Source of the DNA: Eledone cirrhosa
Taxonomy: Eukaryota
Length of the DNA: 64,000 nucleotides
Direction: 5' to 3'
Assembly: GCA_964016885.1 (NCBI GenBank)
Contig: OZ024743.1
Coordinates: forward strand, 296,732,001 to 296,796,000
A model generated the notes under the pieces. It did no database searches and had not been told where the DNA came from. It saw only the letters and a program-made list of their open reading frames with translations. Position numbers and translations under genes: made by a program. Positions 61,050-64,000 of the stretch are shown piece after piece. Each line of letters opens with the position of its first letter. Position 1 is the stretch's first letter.

Positions 61050-64000
61050 TAGTGCCACACTAAAATCACCGGGGGTGATGAAATCACTGGTGGTTATGTA
61101 ACCATACATTCACCAATCCTCGATAAGAGTGTTTAAATGTCGAACCTAAACAGTTTGAATAACGGTGAAGTCGAGACTGGAATGTCATGTGACAGACTCT
61201 CACCCAGCAGGTGCTCCCTGGCTCAGCAGCAGGGACCTGGCTGTCAACCAAATACTGCTGGTGTCGGAGGAAGAAGAAGAAGGAAAGGGACCAGAACCAA
61301 CTGGACGAAAGAATTGAATAGAACTGTTATGCAATGTTACCTGAAGAGTAACCCCAAGGAAAAAGGCTATAGGAAACGGATGCATAACATCTGGAACGAG
61401 ATTGGTCTATTTAAATTAGATGAACAAAAATTGGCCGGGCAGGCTCAGGTAATAAGAGCTAAGAGGTGGATAAGCGAGCTGGAACTGGAGGAACTGAGCA
61501 GAGAGATTAGGTTGGAAATGAAGAGTGGAGTATGCCAGGCAAACGAGCCAGTGGGAAATGAAGGTGAAGAGGTTGAGAGAATGGAGGAACCATCCGAAGC
61601 AGACAATGATCTGAATGCTGAAATAAATAATACCTGGAACAAAGATACGGCCATTGAGAAGATGAATGCTGACGGGCTAGGACAAGATTTGGTTGATATC
61701 CTGAACTTAGTGGTAGATGAAATGAACAATGATAGTGGGAAACCTATGAACCTAAGATTTGTAGACAGGAAAAAGTTAAAAGAAACAACAGCTAATGTAA
61801 ACAAAGTCATCCCATACCTTGAGGCGAGGAGCCTTCACCAGTGCAATAATATCCTCAAAGCAACAGCAAATGCGGTGAGGAAATCACTTGGCATAAAAGC
61901 GAGAGGAAACAACAAACAAGAAAAATCAGAACCTTGGTGGAAGAAACGACTGAATGGTCAAATCAGGGAAATGAGAAATGACATTGGAAAGCTTGAGTCC
62001 CTACTGAATGGGACACTAAAAAACATAGACACTAAAAATAGACTGGAAATAAAGTACAAAACTAGGAGGAAAAAGCTAAATATTATCATAGAGGAACTGA
62101 AGCAACGCATTGTAGCAAAGAGTGCAAAAATTAGGCGATACGAGAGCAGAGTCAGTCAGTATAGACAGAACTGCATGTTTGACAACGACCAGAAGATGTT
62201 ATTTGGACAGCTTGAAGGGAAAGAAATGGCAACGACTTGATCCCCGATGCGGAACAAACTAAGACATTCTGGAGAGGAATATGGGAGCAGGATGTTAAAC
62301 ATAATGACCAAGTAGTGTGGATTGAGACAGTACAAAAGGAGATTAGTGAACAGGCACACCAACAAACTGATTTGAGTATCACAGTTGAAACTCTTAAGCG
62401 GCAAGTAAAAAAACTAACCAACTGGAAATCACCAGGCCCAGATGGTGTGCAGGGGTATTGGATTAAAGATATAACATCCCTCCACCTGAAACTGACAACC
62501 ATGTTCAATGACTGCTTGATGTCAGGTGAGGTACCAGAGTGGTTGACAAAAGGTACCACAGTTCTGGTAATGAAAGACCGAATCAAGGGTAATGATGTTA
62601 CCAACTATAGACCTATCACATGTCTGTCCGTAATGTGGAAACTGTTGACAAGCATTGTGTCTGAGGAAATCTACCATCACCTCCACACAAACAACTTGTT
62701 ACCGGACGAACAGAAAGGATGCCGAAAGAAGTCCCGTGGTACAAAGGACCAGTTACTTATTGATAAGATGGTAATGAGGAATTGCAAGAGGAGACACACT
62801 GGTCTTGCCATGGGATGGATAGACTACAAAAAGGCATTTGACATGGTGCCTCATTCTTGGATCACCAAAAGCCTTCAAGGTAGCAGATAACATCAGACAG
62901 TTGTTGGGCAAAAGTATGAAGTCCTGGAAAACAGAGTTAACATCAGCTGGAGAATCCTTGGGAGGCGTGAAGATCAAGAGAGGTATCTTCCAGGGAGATA
63001 GTCTGCCCCTCTGTTGTTTGTCCTTGCCCTGATGCCCCTGACCATTATACTGCGAAAAGTGAGAGCAGGATACAAGTTGGGAAAGGGAGAACTTAACATC
63101 AATCACCTCCCCTTCATGGACAATCTTAAGCTCTTCGGGAAGAGTGAGAAGGAGTTGGATATGCTTGTTGACACTGTCCGTACTTTCAGCAATGATATAT
63201 GTATGCAATTTGGTATTAGTAAGTGTGGTGTCCTTGTGATGAAGAGGGGTAAATTGAGCAGAAGCAACGGAATCCAGGTACAAACATGTGAGAGGATAAA
63301 GGAAATTGACACTGAAGAAGGATACAAGTATTTGGGTGTTCTGGCGGCTGATGACATCAACAACAAAACAATGAAGGAATTGATAAGATCTGAATACATT
63401 CGGAGAGTAGGAGCGTATTAAAGTCACATCTGAACAGTAGGAATGCCATAAGTGCAGTAAATTCCCGAGCTGTGTCTATTATTAGGTACAGTGCGGGAAT
63501 TCTGAGATGGAATGTTGCTGAACAAAAAGAAATGGATAGGAAGACTAGGAAGCTATTGACTATCTACAACATGTTCCACAAGAGGAGTGATGTCGATAGA
63601 CTCTACTTAAGGAGATCTGAAGGTGGAAGAGGTCTTATCAGCATAGAGGACTGTGTTCAGATGGAAAAAAACAACCTACACAAATACGTGACTGATAGTA
63701 AGGAGCCAATGCTCAGAATTGTATTGAAGGAGAGGACAATAGACCAGGGGATGTCCAAGGAGGAAATAACAACAAGGAGAAAGAGCAGCCTTCATGAAAA
63801 ATCCCTTCATAGTACCTTCTTTGAGAAAACTGAATTCAGAGATCCACAGACATGGAACTGGTTGAAAAGAGGAGACCTTAAAAAGGCTACAGAAGGAATG
63901 CTAATGGCTGCGCAGGAGCAGGCCCTCAAAACGAAGTGGCTGAAACACCATATTTACAAGGAGGAGGCTAGCCCACTGTGCAGGATCTGTGGAGAGAAAG
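61050..64000 (+). mobile_element. R4/Dong-like non-LTR retrotransposon (restriction-like endonuclease group), frameshifted, running off the window
   Basis: GYRKRMHNIW, PWWKKRL, KSPGPDG, YRPITCL, EQKGC, WIDYKKAFDMVPH, GIFQGDSL, FMDN at the YxDD position, RLYLRRSEGGRGL, AAQEQAL, CRICGE; no APE domain upstream of RT. Confidence 0.88.

Noticed and set aside
1-64000. Most short ORFs in the supplied track as independent genes
   Set aside because: They are exon read-throughs into introns, antisense shadows of TE ORFs, or translations of microsatellites and SINEs
61137-64000. Active R4/Dong element
   Set aside because: At least four frame breaks, and the second catalytic Asp is replaced by Asn (FMDN)

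Overview
AT-rich, repeat-dense animal genomic DNA. The repeat repertoire (RTE LINEs with (ATG)n tails, tRNA-derived and Nin-domain SINEs, abundant (TA)n) points to an octopod cephalopod; this is inference only. Bases 195-38627 (+) hold the last 15 constitutive coding exons of RALGAPB (Ral GTPase-activating protein beta subunit). All introns are GT-AG, phases join without a break, and they give about 745 aa to the TGA. Two or three extra in-frame candidate cassette exons lie in the long second intron. The introns carry SINEs, RTE fragments, TTAA-flanked piggyBac-type MITEs, two Helitron derivatives, a minisatellite and a repeat with a minimal hammerhead-ribozyme motif. At 43.9-48.6 kb are minus-strand exon-like segments of an unidentified, probably damaged convergent gene, with an inverted duplication sitting where one splice donor should be. 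From 50.3 kb to the end is a stack of decayed non-LTR retrotransposons: two RTE lineages, Tx1/L1-like and R4/Dong-like. No prokaryotic genes, CRISPR arrays, rRNA or genuine tRNA genes were found. All calls come from reading by eye; no searches were run.
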